From positions 30,194,001-30,258,000 of the forward strand of contig OX597823.1 of assembly GCA_951406725.2 (NCBI GenBank): a DNA stretch of 64,000 bases. Direction: 5' to 3'. Position 1 is the stretch's first letter. Each line of letters opens with the position of its first letter. This DNA comes from Octopus vulgaris (lineage: Eukaryota). Shown here piece after piece: positions 40,470 through 54,940 of the stretch. The position numbers were made by a program, and so were the translations under genes. The notes below the pieces were generated by a model, which saw only the letters and a list, made by a program, of their open reading frames with translations, was not told the DNA's origin and searched no databases.

Positions 40470-43405
40470 GAACTTCTGATGGGCCTATCAACCTTATCAG
40501 TGCTTATGCTCCAACCCCCCACTATTCCTCACAAGATGTCAAGTATAAGTTCTATGATTAGCTCTTTAGGAAAATACAGACAATCCCAAATGGTGAACAG
40601 CCGAGGCTCCTTGGCAACTTCAACGACTACTAGCCGGGGTGTCTGGGTCGGTACGGGGTTGGCAGCTTGAACGAAAATGGGCAACGGCTGCTTGAGCTCT
40701 GCATGCTCCATGGACTATGTGACACCAACACCTATTTCCAGGCTAAAGCTCAAAACAGGGTCTCCTGGTGTCACCCTGACTTAGGGCACTGGCACCAGTT
40801 ATATTTGATCATCACAAGGCGCAACCACCTGAGGAATGTTCCCCTGAGTCGATCTTTTCATAGCGCAGACTGCAACATAGACCACTCCGTGGTTTGCTGA
40901 AATCTCAAACTCCAACCAAAAGTTATGCACTGCGCCAAGCCCCCAAGCAAGCAGTGCATCAATACTACCGCAACCCAACAACCAAGACAGACACAATCCT
41001 CAAGACACTGGAAAACGCCCTTCTTGCAGACCCACCAGAAGGCAATGTTCAGCAGAGATGGGACTCTTTCAGCGACATCATCTAGAGCACTGCACTGTAG
41101 GCCTTTGGGAGGAGGAGGAAAATGACACATGACTGGTTTGAGGCGAATGTGAAAGAATTCAATACCCACATGGAGGAGGGGCGTGCTGCCCTGTTGATGC
41201 ATAAACACCAACCCACCAGAGCAACGCTGCAAGCACTGACACCAGCAAAGAACAGCATGAAGAAGACAATGAGACAATGTGCAAATGACTGCCGGTTACA
41301 ACTATGTGCAGATTTGACACGGGCAACATTCGTGAAATGTATGAAGTTATCAAGAAAGCCATCGGCCCAACCCAGAACAAGATAGCCCTACTCAAATCCA
41401 GGACAGGAGAAGTCATCAAGGATAAAAGAGAGCAGCTGGAGAGATGGGTGAAAAGTTATTCCGAACTTTATGCCAAAGAAAACACATCTCGGACAGTGTG
41501 CTAGACACCGTAGAGCACCTACATGTCATGGAGTAGTTGGATGCACTGCCAACTACTGAAGAACTGAGCAGAGACATTAATGGCTTTCCCATTGGAAAAG
41601 CACCAGAGATCATCAGATGTGCAAGGAGAGTTCTACTTTGCCACTTGCTGAAGTTACTGCGTCAGTGTTGAGAGGAGGGGTTAGTACCGCAAGACATGAG
41701 AGACTGCAACATTATCACCCTATATAAGAACAGAGGAGACAAAAGCGACTCGGCGGAATTTGAACTCAGAACGAGCGGCAGACGAAGTACCATTAAGCAT
41801 TTCGCCTGGCCAGTTAACGCTTCTGCCAGCTCGCCGAGGAGAGGTTAGTACCGCAAGACATGAGAGACTGCAACATTATCACCCAACAGAGGAGACAAAA
41901 GCGACTGCAATAACTACTGAGGCATCTCGCTGTTAAGCATCGTTGGTAAAGTCTTTGTCCGAGTGACCCTAAATAGGATACAGAAAAATCTCTGAGAAAG
42001 TATACTCCGAATTTCAGTGTCGTGTCAGAGCAAAACGCTTCACCATCTACATGACCTTCTCTCTCCGACAGCAACAGGAAAAGTGCCGAGAGCAAAGACA
42101 ACCACTCTTTATCACCTTCATCGGCCTCACAAAAGCTTTTGGCCTAGTCAGTAAAGACGGCCTGTTCAAAATTCTTGCCGAGATTGGCTGTCCTCCAAGG
42201 GCTGTTCAATCATTTCACACGGATATGTAAAACATCGTTCAATTTGATGGTTCTTTTCGGAGGCATTCAACATACGCAGCGGCGTGAAACAGGGCTCTGT
42301 GCTTGCTCCAACCCTCTTTGCAGTCATGCTGAAACATGCACTAGGGTCATCAACTGACGGTGTTTACCTCCACACCAGGTCAAGCGGCAAACCGTTTAGT
42401 CTGTCGAGGCTGAAAGCAAAATCCAAGGTGCGTCCGGTACTCGTCGGAGAAATGCTGTTTGCGAATGATGAAGCACCGACAGCGTACTCTGAAAAGCAAA
42501 CGCAGCACCTCGTGGACAAACTCTCAAAGGCCTGTCAGGATTTCAGCCTGACTATCAGTCGGAAGAAGACCCAAGTAATGGGTCAAAGTGTCAAGCACGC
42601 CCCCACCATCACCATCAACAACTACAAACTGGAGGTGACCCATAAATTCCCCTATCTCGGCTCTACCATCGCTGATGACCTCTTCCTAGAGCCTGAGATA
42701 AACAGATGAATCGGAGGAGCATCCTCTACATTTACCAGGTTCACAAAGGGAGCCTGGAAAAGCAAAAGACTGGCTGCAAACACCAAAATCGTTGCCTATA
42801 AGGCGTGCGTCCTTAGTACGCTACTTTATGACAGTGGGACATGAAGCCTCTACTCTAGACAGGAGCGGTGTCTCAACATCTTTCACCTTCGCAATTTAAG
42901 ACGCACCTTGGACATCAAGCGGACCGACCACATCACCAACATCGAAGTTCTCAACCGAGCCAAGATACCCAGCTTACACATCTTGCTCCAACAGCGTCGT
43001 TTGCGCTAGCTTGGTCATGTTCATCGCATGCCAGACGGAAGGATCCCAAAAGACCTCCTGTATGGATAATTGGTTACGGTACAAGAGCAAGATGTCTGTA
43101 AGAGAGATATTTGAAGTCACTTGATCTGGACATCCTGAGATGGGAAGGGGGAGATGTCAAATGATCGCCCACACTGGAGGCAAATACTACGAAAGGGAAT
43201 GAAGAGAATGGAAGAAAAACAGGTACTCACCATCAAAGAAAAGAGCCCCGGCAGAGAGCTCCTTCAAATGCAGTCGCTTTATGCGTGACTGCTACTCCTG
43301 TGTGGGCCTCTACAGCCACAACAGATGCTACATCACCATCAGCAGCTGACATGATTTCTTTAGGCGTAGATCCATGGCCTCTCGAGGCCGACCGATGCCT
43401 AAGAC
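40470..43405 (+). mobile_element. Decayed, 5'-truncated RTE-clade LINE (APE endonuclease + RT)
   Basis: LISAYAPT, NENGQRLLELC, HSADCNIDHS (APE); GVKQGSVLAPTLF and MLFAND (RT); many stops and frameshifts; terminal hairpin GGCCTCTCGAGGCC. Confidence 0.92.
41751..41835 (-). mobile_element. Family B SINE head only, inside the RTE, flanked by a ~79-bp duplication
   Basis: Direct repeats 41672-41750 and 41836-41906; the second lacks TATATAAG. Confidence 0.88.
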
Positions 43406-43800
43406 TAATGAACTCACACAGAAAATGCTTGCTATAATTATCTTTCCTTATGTTTTATGCCTCATATTTTCCTTCGTGGCTGCCGAAGAAATGTGTCCAT
43501 GGTGTATGAATATTTCCTCTGACGAATATTATTACCATACGTGAAGTGGATTGGGTTAACCTAAGAACATATTACCGTCCCCAGGTGAACATCATTATTA
43601 CCCAGAACAGTTCAATGTGAGCAATTCGTCCGCTAAAAATAGTAATTAAAGCTCCATCAAATTTGTCATTAGAAAAATGATACACCGAATGGCGTGGTCC
43701 TTAAAGCTCTACAAGATTTTAGGGCTCATTTTCATATAAAACGAAATGAAAATACAATATCCCATGCAGAAATAAAATGCATTTTAGAAAATCTAAAAAT

Positions 43801-44681
43801 ATTAACTAGATTATGGTTGGAAGATAACTAGATTATGGCTAGGAGATAACTAGATTATGGCTGGGAGATAACTATATTATGGCTGGGAAATAACTAGATT
43901 ATGGCTGGGAGATAACTAGATTTTGGCTGGGAGAAAGCTAGATTATGGCTGCGACATAACTAGATTATGGCTGGGAGATAACTAGATTATGGCTGGGAGA
44001 AAACTAGATCATGGCTGGGACATAACTAGATTATGGCTGGGAGATAACTAGATTTTGGCTGGGAGTAAACGAGATTATGGCTGGGAGAAAACTAGATTAT
44101 GGCTGGAAGCTAACTAGATTATGGTTGGGAGATAACTAGATTATGGCGGGAGATAACTAAATTGTGGCTGGGAAATAACTAGATTATGGCTGGGAGATAA
44201 CTAGATTATAGTTGGGAGATAACTAGATTATAGCTAGGGGATAACTAGATTATGGCTGGGTGATAACTAGATTATGGCTGGGAGATAACTAGATTATGGC
44301 TGGGAGAAAACTAGATCATGGCTGGGACATAACTAGATTATGGCTGGGAGATAACTAGATTATAGCTGGGAGATAACTAGATTATGGCAGGAGATAACTA
44401 GATTATGGCTGGGACATAACTAGATTATGGCGGAAGATAACTAGATTATGGCTGAGAGATAACTAGATTATGGCAGGAGATAACTAGATTATGGCCGGGA
44501 AGTAACTAGATCGTGGCTGGGAAATAACTAGATTATGCCCGGGAAATAATTAGATTATGACTGGGAGATAACAAGATTATGGCTAGGAGATAACTAGATT
44601 ATGGCTGGAAGATAACTAGATTATGGCTGGGAGATAACTAGAATATGGCTGGGAGAAAACTAGAATATGGCTGGGAGATAT
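43801..44681. repeat. 22-bp minisatellite, about 40 copies
   Basis: Unit GATAACTAGATTATGGCTGGGA; TAACTAGA recurs at 43803, 43825, 43847 and onward. Confidence 0.95.
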
Positions 44682-45285
44682 CACTTTACACAAAGTTACT
44701 TTTTTACTCAAAGTTGTCACCCATAGTTTCCCTCACAGCCACGTCTCCAGAATCTGGTGCATCCGTTCCTCACTGTATCCCAGGAAAGATACCTTTGATG
44801 ATCAGATGACAATCGGTACTTTCAACAATAATATGACCTCCACGAAATAAAGTGAGTGTAAGAGAGAGAGGGCGCTACTGGAAAGAGATGTCCCTTCTTG
44901 AAGAAATTGCTCTTGCTTAATGAAAAGTCTTAGAACCAAAGAAGAACGTTCTTGCTGCCCGAAGAAAAATGCTCTTAACCCGAAAATAATCATCATTATA
45001 GACGCTAAAAAAATTCTTGCTCAAAGGAAAACACCCTTATGCGAGGTAACATTTCTTTAATCGAAAAAAAAAATTACATTTCCAAAACAATGTGCTTCAA
45101 TCAAAGAAAAAAGGTCCTAGCCAAAATTGGAGCGCCCTATCTGAAGAAAATGAGCCCGACTCTTCTCACAACTAACAAATTCATTCACCGTTTTCAACAA
45201 CACAGCTCATCTCTAAATTTCTCTGTGTTTTCGTTTTTTTTGTTTTCGTGTTACGTGAGAACTATGCATGTAATAAGTATGTATA

Positions 45286-45470
45286 GGCGCAGGCAGCGTG
45301 GCTGTGTGATAAGAAGCTTGCTTCCCAACCACATGGTCTCGGATTCAGTTCCACTACATGGCACCTTGGGTGTCATCTACTATAGCCTCGGGCCGACCAA
45401 AGCCTTGTGAGTGGATTTGGCAGACGGAAACTGAAAGAAGCCCCACGTATATATATACATTTATATATAC

Positions 45471-45562
<92 letters not shown>

Positions 45563-45797
45563 TTGTATGTATGTATGTATGTATGTATGTATGTATGTAT
45601 GTATGCATGCATGTATGTATGTATTTGAGTGTCTGTGTATGTCCCCCCCATCAGGGCTTGACAACCGATGTTGGTGTGTTTACGTCCCCGTAACTTAGCG
45701 GTTCGGCAAAATAGGCCGATAGAATATGTACTTGACTGGCAAAGAATAGGTCCTCTGGTCGATTTGCTGCAGTCAAATGACTGAAACAGGTAAATGA
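45286..45797 (+). mobile_element. SINE family A with expanded internal (TA)n/(TATG)n
   Basis: GGCGCAGGCAGCGTGGCTGTGTG head through AAATGACTGAAACAGGTAAA. Confidence 0.88.
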
Positions 45798-46119
45798 AAG
45801 TGTATGTATGAATATGTGTTTTAGTGTTAGATCACATGTGTGTTATGAGTTCTGTATATGTGAGAGCGTGTGTGTATGTCAGAGTGTGTGTGTCTGTGTA
45901 TGCGTGTGTGTGTGTGTGCGCGTGTGTGTGTATGCATACGTTTGTGTCTAAACGTCTGTTTATATGCTTTACGTACTATCGACCATAGACCGTAAGTTGT
46001 ATTCGGAGATGTGTACGAGAGAATATGAATTCTAGATATTTGTAATAGAACTACTTGTTCTGTCAATGAATATTGGGTGACGATCGTTGGAATAGCGTGT
46101 GGAAAGGATGTGTGTGCAT

Positions 46120-46158
<39 letters not shown>

Positions 46159-46451
46159 GGAGAAGTTAGAATGTGAGGAAGAAAAAGAGAAGATACAAAA
46201 CTATAGACGTATATATATATATATGTAGAGAGAGAGGTTGGTGGGGGCTGGAAAGAAAGACAAGGTGAGAGGCAGACGAAGTGAGAAATAGAAGGAGAGA
46301 TATTGAGGTGGGAGACAAAGAAGACGAGAGTGGGAGGCAAGAAACTTCTGTCATCTGATTTCTATAATAAACGCATAGGTTTTCACTGAATTATCAAGGA
46401 GACTGCGTGTGGTGCGAGTGGTGGAGAAGAAGGATGTGGCGAATGAATAAA

Positions 46452-46735
<284 letters not shown>

Positions 46736-46883
46736 TAAACAAAAGAAAAGCAAGTTGTGAACTTAAGCATTCGTTTGACGTCAATTCGTTTGGTAATGAT
46801 GTCATCCCAGAAAACGGGGGGTACACACACATACCCCCACACACCTACATACATACACGCATATATTCACACATATCGATATA

Positions 46884-46924
<41 letters not shown>

Positions 46925-46984
46925 CTACCAGCTATCTATCTGTCGATCTCTTTCTCTAGCTATCTACCTACCAGCATGTTTGTG

Positions 46985-47019
<35 letters not shown>

Positions 47020-47095
47020 ATATATATATATATGGAGAGACAGTTGGGGAAGGGAGAGAGAAGAGACAGAAACAGACAGCCAGGGAGATGGTGTA

Positions 47096-47198
<103 letters not shown>

Positions 47199-47864
47199 TA
47201 CAAGGGTAATTTAAGGAGTTAGACAGATATATAAGCAGCAACAGAAACCACTATGACTGCCACCACCACAACAGCCATCATCATCATCATCATCATCACG
47301 GCAATAAGCCACCACCATGACGACAAATGCAAGTAGAACTACCACCAAAACTACAACAACAAGAACAACTACAGCTGCCATACAACCACAACAGAAAGAT
47401 TGATAGAAAGCAAAACCGAAAGTGAAAGTAGAGAATTATTAAAGAAATATTTAGATATATACATGGTTAAGTAGAGAGAGGAGGACAAGCGTTGTTGGAA
47501 GAGGATTTATTGTTTCAGATATGTTGGAATTTAGTAAGAGGAGGTAGAGGAAGAGAGAGTGATTGGAATCGAAGACATTTAGTCGGTCAAACAGTCGAAT
47601 AGTCAAAGACATGTGTGCAATATGCTGGCTGGAGATTGCAACAGTTAATACGTAAGTCAGTGCGTAGTGTCTGTGGAAACGCGCGGCTACAATTGTTACG
47701 TTGTTGTTATGTTAGTGGATATTCATTCAGTCTTTCATTCATTCACAATCGTTTCCAGATTTTATCGTTCATTGGTGGGCATTTGCAATCACCTGAATTT
47801 TAACAACCAATCGAAATAAACCACGTCATACATGCACACATACTCAAATATATTCATGCATGTA

Positions 47865-47906
<42 letters not shown>

Positions 47907-48421
47907 GAGATATATGCGTCTGTATATACATATATATGTATACATATGTATATACAGCAATGCAAAAGTGTTCGTCTTTCCTCGCTTACTTCTTCGTTCT
48001 TTCGACTTCCATGTCTTGTGACTTGTTCCATTTTCGTTTCATTCAGTCTCAGTCTCTCTCTCTCTTCTCTCTCTTTCTCTCTCTCTTTCTCTCTCGCTAT
48101 ATGCTGCTTCTTACGTCACCCAACCATTTACCAAATACTACTAGTAAGACAACCAGAATTCCTTCACTAAACTTCTGTCTTCTGTCGATTTGTTTCACTA
48201 TTGTAAATAGAAATGAATTGAAAATTAAATCCATTCATATGAAGCACGCAATATTTCTATTTCTAGTCTTTTAAAGAATAGAATTTTCATTAATATAGAT
48301 ATATTCACAACTTCTACAATATTCTGAATATATTTTACGATTGAATTGAAGAATATATTGTGCAAACTAATTATAGATTTCAATGGAAAATTAATTCTAG
48401 AGAACTTTATATATACACACA

Positions 48422-48508
<87 letters not shown>

Positions 48509-48565
48509 GTATTCTTACTCTGAGTTTCGTTAGTAGGTGTTCAGGGTTTTGATGCAAGTTATGAC

Positions 48566-48613
48566 GTGCCTGAAGACCTTGTGCACCCACGAGCGAAACT
48601 TGGAGTATGGTAC
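48566..48613 (+). ncRNA. Hammerhead-like fold with intact core boxes in a microsatellite-flanked remnant
   Basis: CTGAAGA 48570-48576, stem II CTTGTG/CACGAG, GAAA, stem III ACT..AGT-A; stem I register is imperfect. Confidence 0.5.
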
Positions 48614-48690
48614 TCGATGGTTCCGACTACTCTTTCTTCCGACAATCAACACTAAATAGGTATATACGTATTCGTGTATATGCATATATG

Positions 48691-48860
<170 letters not shown>

Positions 48861-48919
48861 TCAATTTAAATAAATAAGTTATTCAATGATTTTTCATAAA
48901 AACGAAGATTAATATGTAT

Positions 48920-49630
48920 CTTTTTGGGAATTTGATCTCGAAGCACATAAAGCTATAAATAAAAGTATGTAAATATTGGGTTGAAAAATCCTTTGGGATA
49001 GAAAAAGTCACAGGCTGGTCGTTGAGCTCGGACCCACATCTTCCGTAGACGTGACAGTGTAAAAGAATGGATCTATTCTAAAAATATCTATCTATTCTAG
49101 AAAGTTTATTCTTATCAGCGAGTATTGCATGTTGCTGACGTCAAAAGAATGTTTAAACTGACATGGGATAAATTTTGGGAATTGGATTTCGAAGTACATA
49201 TAGAGCTATAAGCAATAGTCATGTAAATAATATTGGTTAGAAAAAACATTTTGGATAGAAACAAATTGGGATGGGAGTTCAAGGAGCCACCGATTTGTTT
49301 TTTCCATCTAAAACGGTTTTTCTACCCAACATTTGGATGGTATTATTTATAGCTTTTCCGTTGCTATTATGTCAAACTATCGTATGTCCAAATTTGGCCA
49401 AATGGAGTTTTTTCAATTTTATTTTTGCTTGCAATAGCCGCTTCTTTCAGCCAAACTATCGTATCTCCAGCTGCTTCAGATGCCAAGATATAAAATATTA
49501 TCTAAGTATAGAACATCGGTTTTGCTATAGAATGGTGAGACTTTTTTTTTTCTGAAAAAGCAACGTTTTGGACTTAGGTCGCTTTTGCATAATTGCAACA
49601 ATATGTACTTCGAGATCCAATCCCCAGAAA
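48920..49630. repeat. Unclassified repeat: direct copies (48920-49008, 49172-49268) and a split inverted copy (49293-49353, 49602-49630)
   Basis: Shared TTTTGGGAATT.GAT.TCGAAG.ACATA..AGCTATAA..ATGTAAATA..GGTT.GAAAAA..GGATAGAAA. Confidence 0.55.
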
Positions 49631-49753
49631 GAATTATTCCGGGTTCTCTCGAAAGTTTGTATATTCTTATAACTTCAATAAATGTGTGTGTGTGTGTGTG
49701 CGTATGTGCGTGCGTGCGTGTGCATATGTATATACGTGTATGTATGTGCGTAT

Positions 49754-50010
49754 ACTCTTTTACTCTTTTACTCTTTTACTTGTTTCAGTCATTTGACTGC
49801 GGCCATGCTGGAGAACCGCCTTTAGTTCATCAACTCGACCCCGGGACTTATTCTTTGTAAGCCCAGTACTTATTCTATCGGTCTCTTTTGCCGAACCGCT
49901 AAGTGACGGGGACGTAAACACACCAGCATCGGTTGTCAAGCAATGCGAGGGACAAACACAGACACACAAACATACACGCACAAACATACACGCACAAACA
50001 TACACGCACA

Positions 50011-50052
<42 letters not shown>

Positions 50053-50217
50053 TACGACGGGCTTCTTTCAGTTTCCGTCTACCAAATCCACTCACAAGGC
50101 TTTGGTCGGCCCGAGGCTATAGTAGAAGACTCTTGTCCAAGATGCCACGCAGTGGACTGAACCCGGAACCATGTGGTTGGTAGGCAAGCTACTTACCACA
50201 CAGCCACTCCTGCGCCT
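49754..50217 (-). mobile_element. SINE family A
   Basis: Full-length match. Confidence 0.9.
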
Positions 50218-50533
50218 ATGTGAATGTTTTTAAATTTCTATGAAAAGCAAATCTTTTATCGTTTATCTCCAATTCATCTTTGCTGTTCAGGTACAAATTC
50301 TACTCCGAAAATTAATCTACTCTGACATAAAATCCGCTAGCCCTTGACGGTCGCCTCTGGACCTCTAGACATTACAAACTAATTTATTCGGTTGTTCTGG
50401 CTTAAAGTTTCTCCTAACCATTTGTATAATTTCATCTAACATTTCTCTCGCTCTTCTAACATCTCAGCCACCAGCAACTGTTCAACTATCTCTTGAATTG
50501 ATGATGTCTATACCACTTTATTTCTCACTCACG

Positions 50534-50604
<71 letters not shown>

Positions 50605-51799
50605 GTAATCAGCCTGTGCGATATGTCACCCTTGTTCTTGCACTACCTACATATCAACACTGCCTAGAAGTGAGATTAATCGTGTGGTACGCTGATCTCC
50701 ATGCTCCAGTTATTATCATCACCTATACGTATACACAACAAAGATACCCAACACAAACTCTGCAAACACTCTCTTCCTCTTTGTCACTGCCAGTTCCAGC
50801 ATTTACCCAGCAATAACCGCTTATTTTCCCATCTGAGTGACCAATGTCATCTCAGAGCAACACATCTTTCTACTACAAAAAAAAACCCTATCCATCCACC
50901 GAATTTCGAATTTTCTAATATTTCAAACCAGTTAAAATATCAGACTCCAACCAGTTTTATGCTATCCAACTCTAAGCAAGAAATGTGTTTCCTTCTCGTA
51001 TTATTCAAAGCAACAAAGATCACTGAAGCTATCATTCAAGTTATGTTCATATATCACACAAGAAAATCTGATAACTCCCTTCAGACGTCATGCGAGATGA
51101 GCCGCAGGAATGCAGGCAAAGGCCACTATCTACAATTGTTGGAGGATTGGTGTTAGAGTTAACAAGAAAATCACCACTTTACCAACTACAAGCTCTCTTG
51201 ATTCACAATACGCTTATGAATCATCTCTAAACAATTTTTCAAAGTAGGTTTTTATCTTTTATCCATCCGCTATTTCTCAAGTATAGATTGTACTCCTGCA
51301 AATATGGTGACATTTTCTGCTCGTTTTCACAGAAATCCAAATTCCTACAAAAAAACTCTTCTTTCCGCTACTTGTTTTACTTCAGTCACTATATCGGAAC
51401 CATCCTCCAGTTACCATCTTGTTTGCCCTTCCTTTTAAAAAGATGATAGACAGTAGATCGTAGACGCTCCCCAAATCTCCCCAGCTCGTTACATATGTCA
51501 TCCCCAGTGTAATTAGGCAATAGAAAATACGCAAATCCATATGATGTCCACGCGAATGTCCTATATCTACATCTGTTGTGCGTATTGCGGTAAGTAGTAC
51601 ATACACTATCATGCATCCAGTACGCAAAAAATACAGACCACATTTGAAAGCTGTTAGAAAACAACACACGAGAAACAAAGGTATTTAACTGAAAAGCAGT
51701 TAAACGAAACGTATAAACATCATTAAAAGTATCTCATCAACTGCTTCGCGTAATTAGACCCTCTAATAACGATGTTTTCATAATGATGTACACAACACA

Positions 51800-52500
51800 T
51801 TCTGGTACAGAAACAATGCCGATTACCCATCCAGACAATATTGCTCTCAGATCAAGCTTTTCACTTAACATAACACCTTAATCGTTCCCAATTTCCATCT
51901 TTATAGACATCTATGTATTCATTGCTAAATAACCGATCTATCAATCTGACCTCCAGCCATATGTAAACCACTTCCAAAAGCAGACACTTTTGTAAACTAA
52001 GCAACCCCTAATGGAATTATATCAACCTAATATCCACCAAATATACGAGACAAAGTGACTATACACAACTGAGACCAAGGAAATAGTCTTGCATTTCAGA
52101 CTGCCTTTGAACACATGAACCAAAAGATAACTAAAGAACCCGAAGTCGTTGCAACCACGAGACATAACAAAATCTGAGGATACTACTTCATGAATAATAA
52201 TAACGAAAACATTGCACCACTGGCTCACAGAATCTTGTCTCTGTATTCATATTTTCGCAGAAAGAATGGCTAAGCTAGTAAATTGTGCGTGTACCATCTG
52301 CAATCTATCCTCGCTAATATTTTCATCCGTATTCCTCTCGCCATTCTGACTCTTTCGCTCTTTCACCGCCGCAGGTCACGTACTGAGCGATTCCCTCATT
52401 CCCCAGCATTTTGGCTTAATACTTCTCTTGACCATTCATTGCTTCCAGTCGTTGACCGACACATGTTCAAGTTGGCCATCAGCTTTATCAGTCACACAGC
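51800..52500 (+). mobile_element. Heavily decayed LINE 3' region (CR1/L2/Jockey group)
   Basis: Traces of PLAHR..S...F, RT..F..S and D...FK..I C-terminal motifs across frameshifts. Confidence 0.35.
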
Positions 52501-52547
52501 TTTAGATCGGTTTTGCACTCCATACCATTACTGGAATCGAAACAATA

Positions 52548-52761
52548 TTCTTTTCTACACTATGCACAAGGCCCGAAATCTTTGGGGAAGGGGTCAGTCG
52601 ATTAGATCTACCCCAGTACGCAACTGGTACTTAATTTATCGACACCGAAAGAATGAAAAGCAAAGTAGACCCCCGGCGGAATTTGAACTTAGAATGTAAT
52701 GACAGACGAAATACCGCTAAATATTTCGCCCGGCATGCTAACGATTCTGCCTGCTCGCCGC
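52548..52761 (-). mobile_element. SINE family B
   Basis: Close match to 17050-17262. Confidence 0.88.
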
Positions 52762-53545
52762 TCTTCGAAATAATATTATCTGAAACATTTTACAATCTCA
52801 GCTCGGTCACACACGATCCCTCATATTTAAAATGTGCATTTACACAAATTTCAAATTTTTACTCTAGTCCTGCAGCGATCGATTAAGCCATTGCAGGTAT
52901 ACTACTGTATATCTGCAGTCCAGAAAACTTCGACCAATCATTCCTAACTCATCGTTTGTGTTCGCGCTTACATCCAGAACCGCTTTAAATGCATGGGCAC
53001 ACAGAGCAGTTGCCCGCAGGCTTTAAGGGTGTAATATTCAGACTGATCTTTCAGATGTAATACTTATTTACTCACATTATTTAAAATTAATCAAGCATCT
53101 TCTCGTAGCTTCGAGATTTCAATGATGCGATTGTTTATTTTTAGATTGTCATTGAAAGGTAAATAGAATATTTTGCAATAAATACATGAATTCTGTAGGA
53201 CACAATGTGTCCAAGAGTATTTAATAATGAGTTATTAAATACTCACGAATAAAGAAATCAAGTAAAACTCTACAGTTATCCATTTATCATGCAATATCCT
53301 TTTTTATCACGCAGCATGACACAACTGTATGTAATATTGATGTTAATTTTTGCATCCAACTCCTTCTCACATCGTCATTCTTCAACGTAGTTCCCTGTTT
53401 CATTCAACTTATCATGTAATCCTCCATACCAAATCATTACATCATTATTTTATAGAGATTTGTCCAATTTTATACATTTATATCTTTATTTTTCTCGTTG
53501 ACCCTTCCCCCGATTATCTTTTTGCATTTTACAAGTAATTCTGTA

Positions 53546-53885
53546 GGAGTAAAGATTGTTTGCCAACATAACATGGCAATCCTGGTTTAGGACGAATGTT
53601 GCTGTAATTTAGCCTCAGGAGACATCGTCTCCAGCTGGCTATACGACATGATCTGTGTCCTTATATTTTCGAACAAGGGAATCTAGAACCCCAACTCAGC
53701 ACAAAACAATATCTGTGTATCGCGATTTTGAGCTGAGTGATGGTGCTAGATTCCCTTGTTCGAAAATATAAGGACACAGATCGTGTCATACAGCCAGTTG
53801 GAGAAATGTCTCCTGGGGCTAAATTATAGCAACATTAGTCCTAAACCAGGACTGCCATGTTATGTTGGCAAATAATCTTTACTCC
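53546..53885. repeat. Long fold-back element (~155-bp arms, ~30-nt loop)
   Basis: GGAGTAAAGATTGTTTGCCAACATAACATGGCA / TGCCATGTTATGTTGGCAAATAATCTTTACTCC, and GATCTGTGTCCTTATATTTTCGAACAAGGGAATCTAG with its exact complement. Confidence 0.92.
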
Positions 53886-54052
53886 AAAGTACTGTTGCTG
53901 AATATCTCTCGTTGTGTGATTTTAAAAAATAGTCATTTTCTAAGTGATTCTGAAGTTTGTATATCTATGTGTGTACGTGTGTGTATGTGCTGCGAGTGCG
54001 TGCGTGTGTTCATGTGCATCTCATGTGTGTATGCATATACGCACAACACGAA

Positions 54053-54102
<50 letters not shown>

Positions 54103-54585
54103 TAACACACATATGTGTGTTCTGTATGCCCGAGTATACGTACATGTGCGTGCGCATGCGTACGCGAATATAGAAATATAGAAATACGTGTCAGTGCACG
54201 TGTTTGCGAATGTGCGAATTTATGTTGGATAAATATAGACTACATGCTTTCAATGAAAGTTTCGTTCACTTGCTTGGACGTGCACCTCAGCAGGTTTTGA
54301 AACCAGTAAGATTTATCTAAGCGGCTTAAGTGATAAAGACCGTAAGTTTTCGGACGTCATAGATCTGGTGAGCCTTCTTCGAAATTCTCTCCTCTAACAG
54401 ACTTTAAAAGATCACAACCGGAAACATGTCAGCTGATTATCCACTCTATTTACTTTGTTTAGACTCGTTGTATTACTTTCAAATCAACACGGTTATGAGT
54501 TATTTAAACCCTAGTCACCACACTTATAGTATTAAGTATTTTCATGGTTTTCAGAACAACTAGAATAAAGGCGCGTGCATGTTTA

Positions 54586-54650
<65 letters not shown>

Positions 54651-54744
54651 ATAAACAGACACGTACGCATTTATAATACTGTACTTAAATACAACAAATA
54701 AATGGAAATATTAGACCTTAGTATATAACAACACATTAAAGATG

Positions 54745-54940
54745 CGAGCAAACAGAATCGTTTGCATGCAAAATGCTGAGAGACATTTTTTCTCTCTTTA
54801 CGTTTGGAGCACAAATTCCACCGAAGTCGACTTAGCCTTTCATCATTCCGAGGTCGATAAAATAAGTACCATTTCAGCACCGGGGATCAATGTAATCGAC
54901 TTACTTCTTCTGTTGCTCTTCTGCCAAAATTTGAAACCAT
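54745..54940 (+). mobile_element. SINE family B, diverged
   Basis: GTCGACTTAGCCTTTCATCATTCCGAGGTCGATAAAATAAGTACC Meta block. Confidence 0.78.

Noticed and set aside
43801-44681. CRISPR array or coding repeat
   Set aside because: Contiguous 22-bp units without spacers; the unit is not a multiple of three and contains stops.
47652-47790. Splice-like signals and a short GDCKCPP..CE* peptide
   Set aside because: Too short, and no consistent exon structure.
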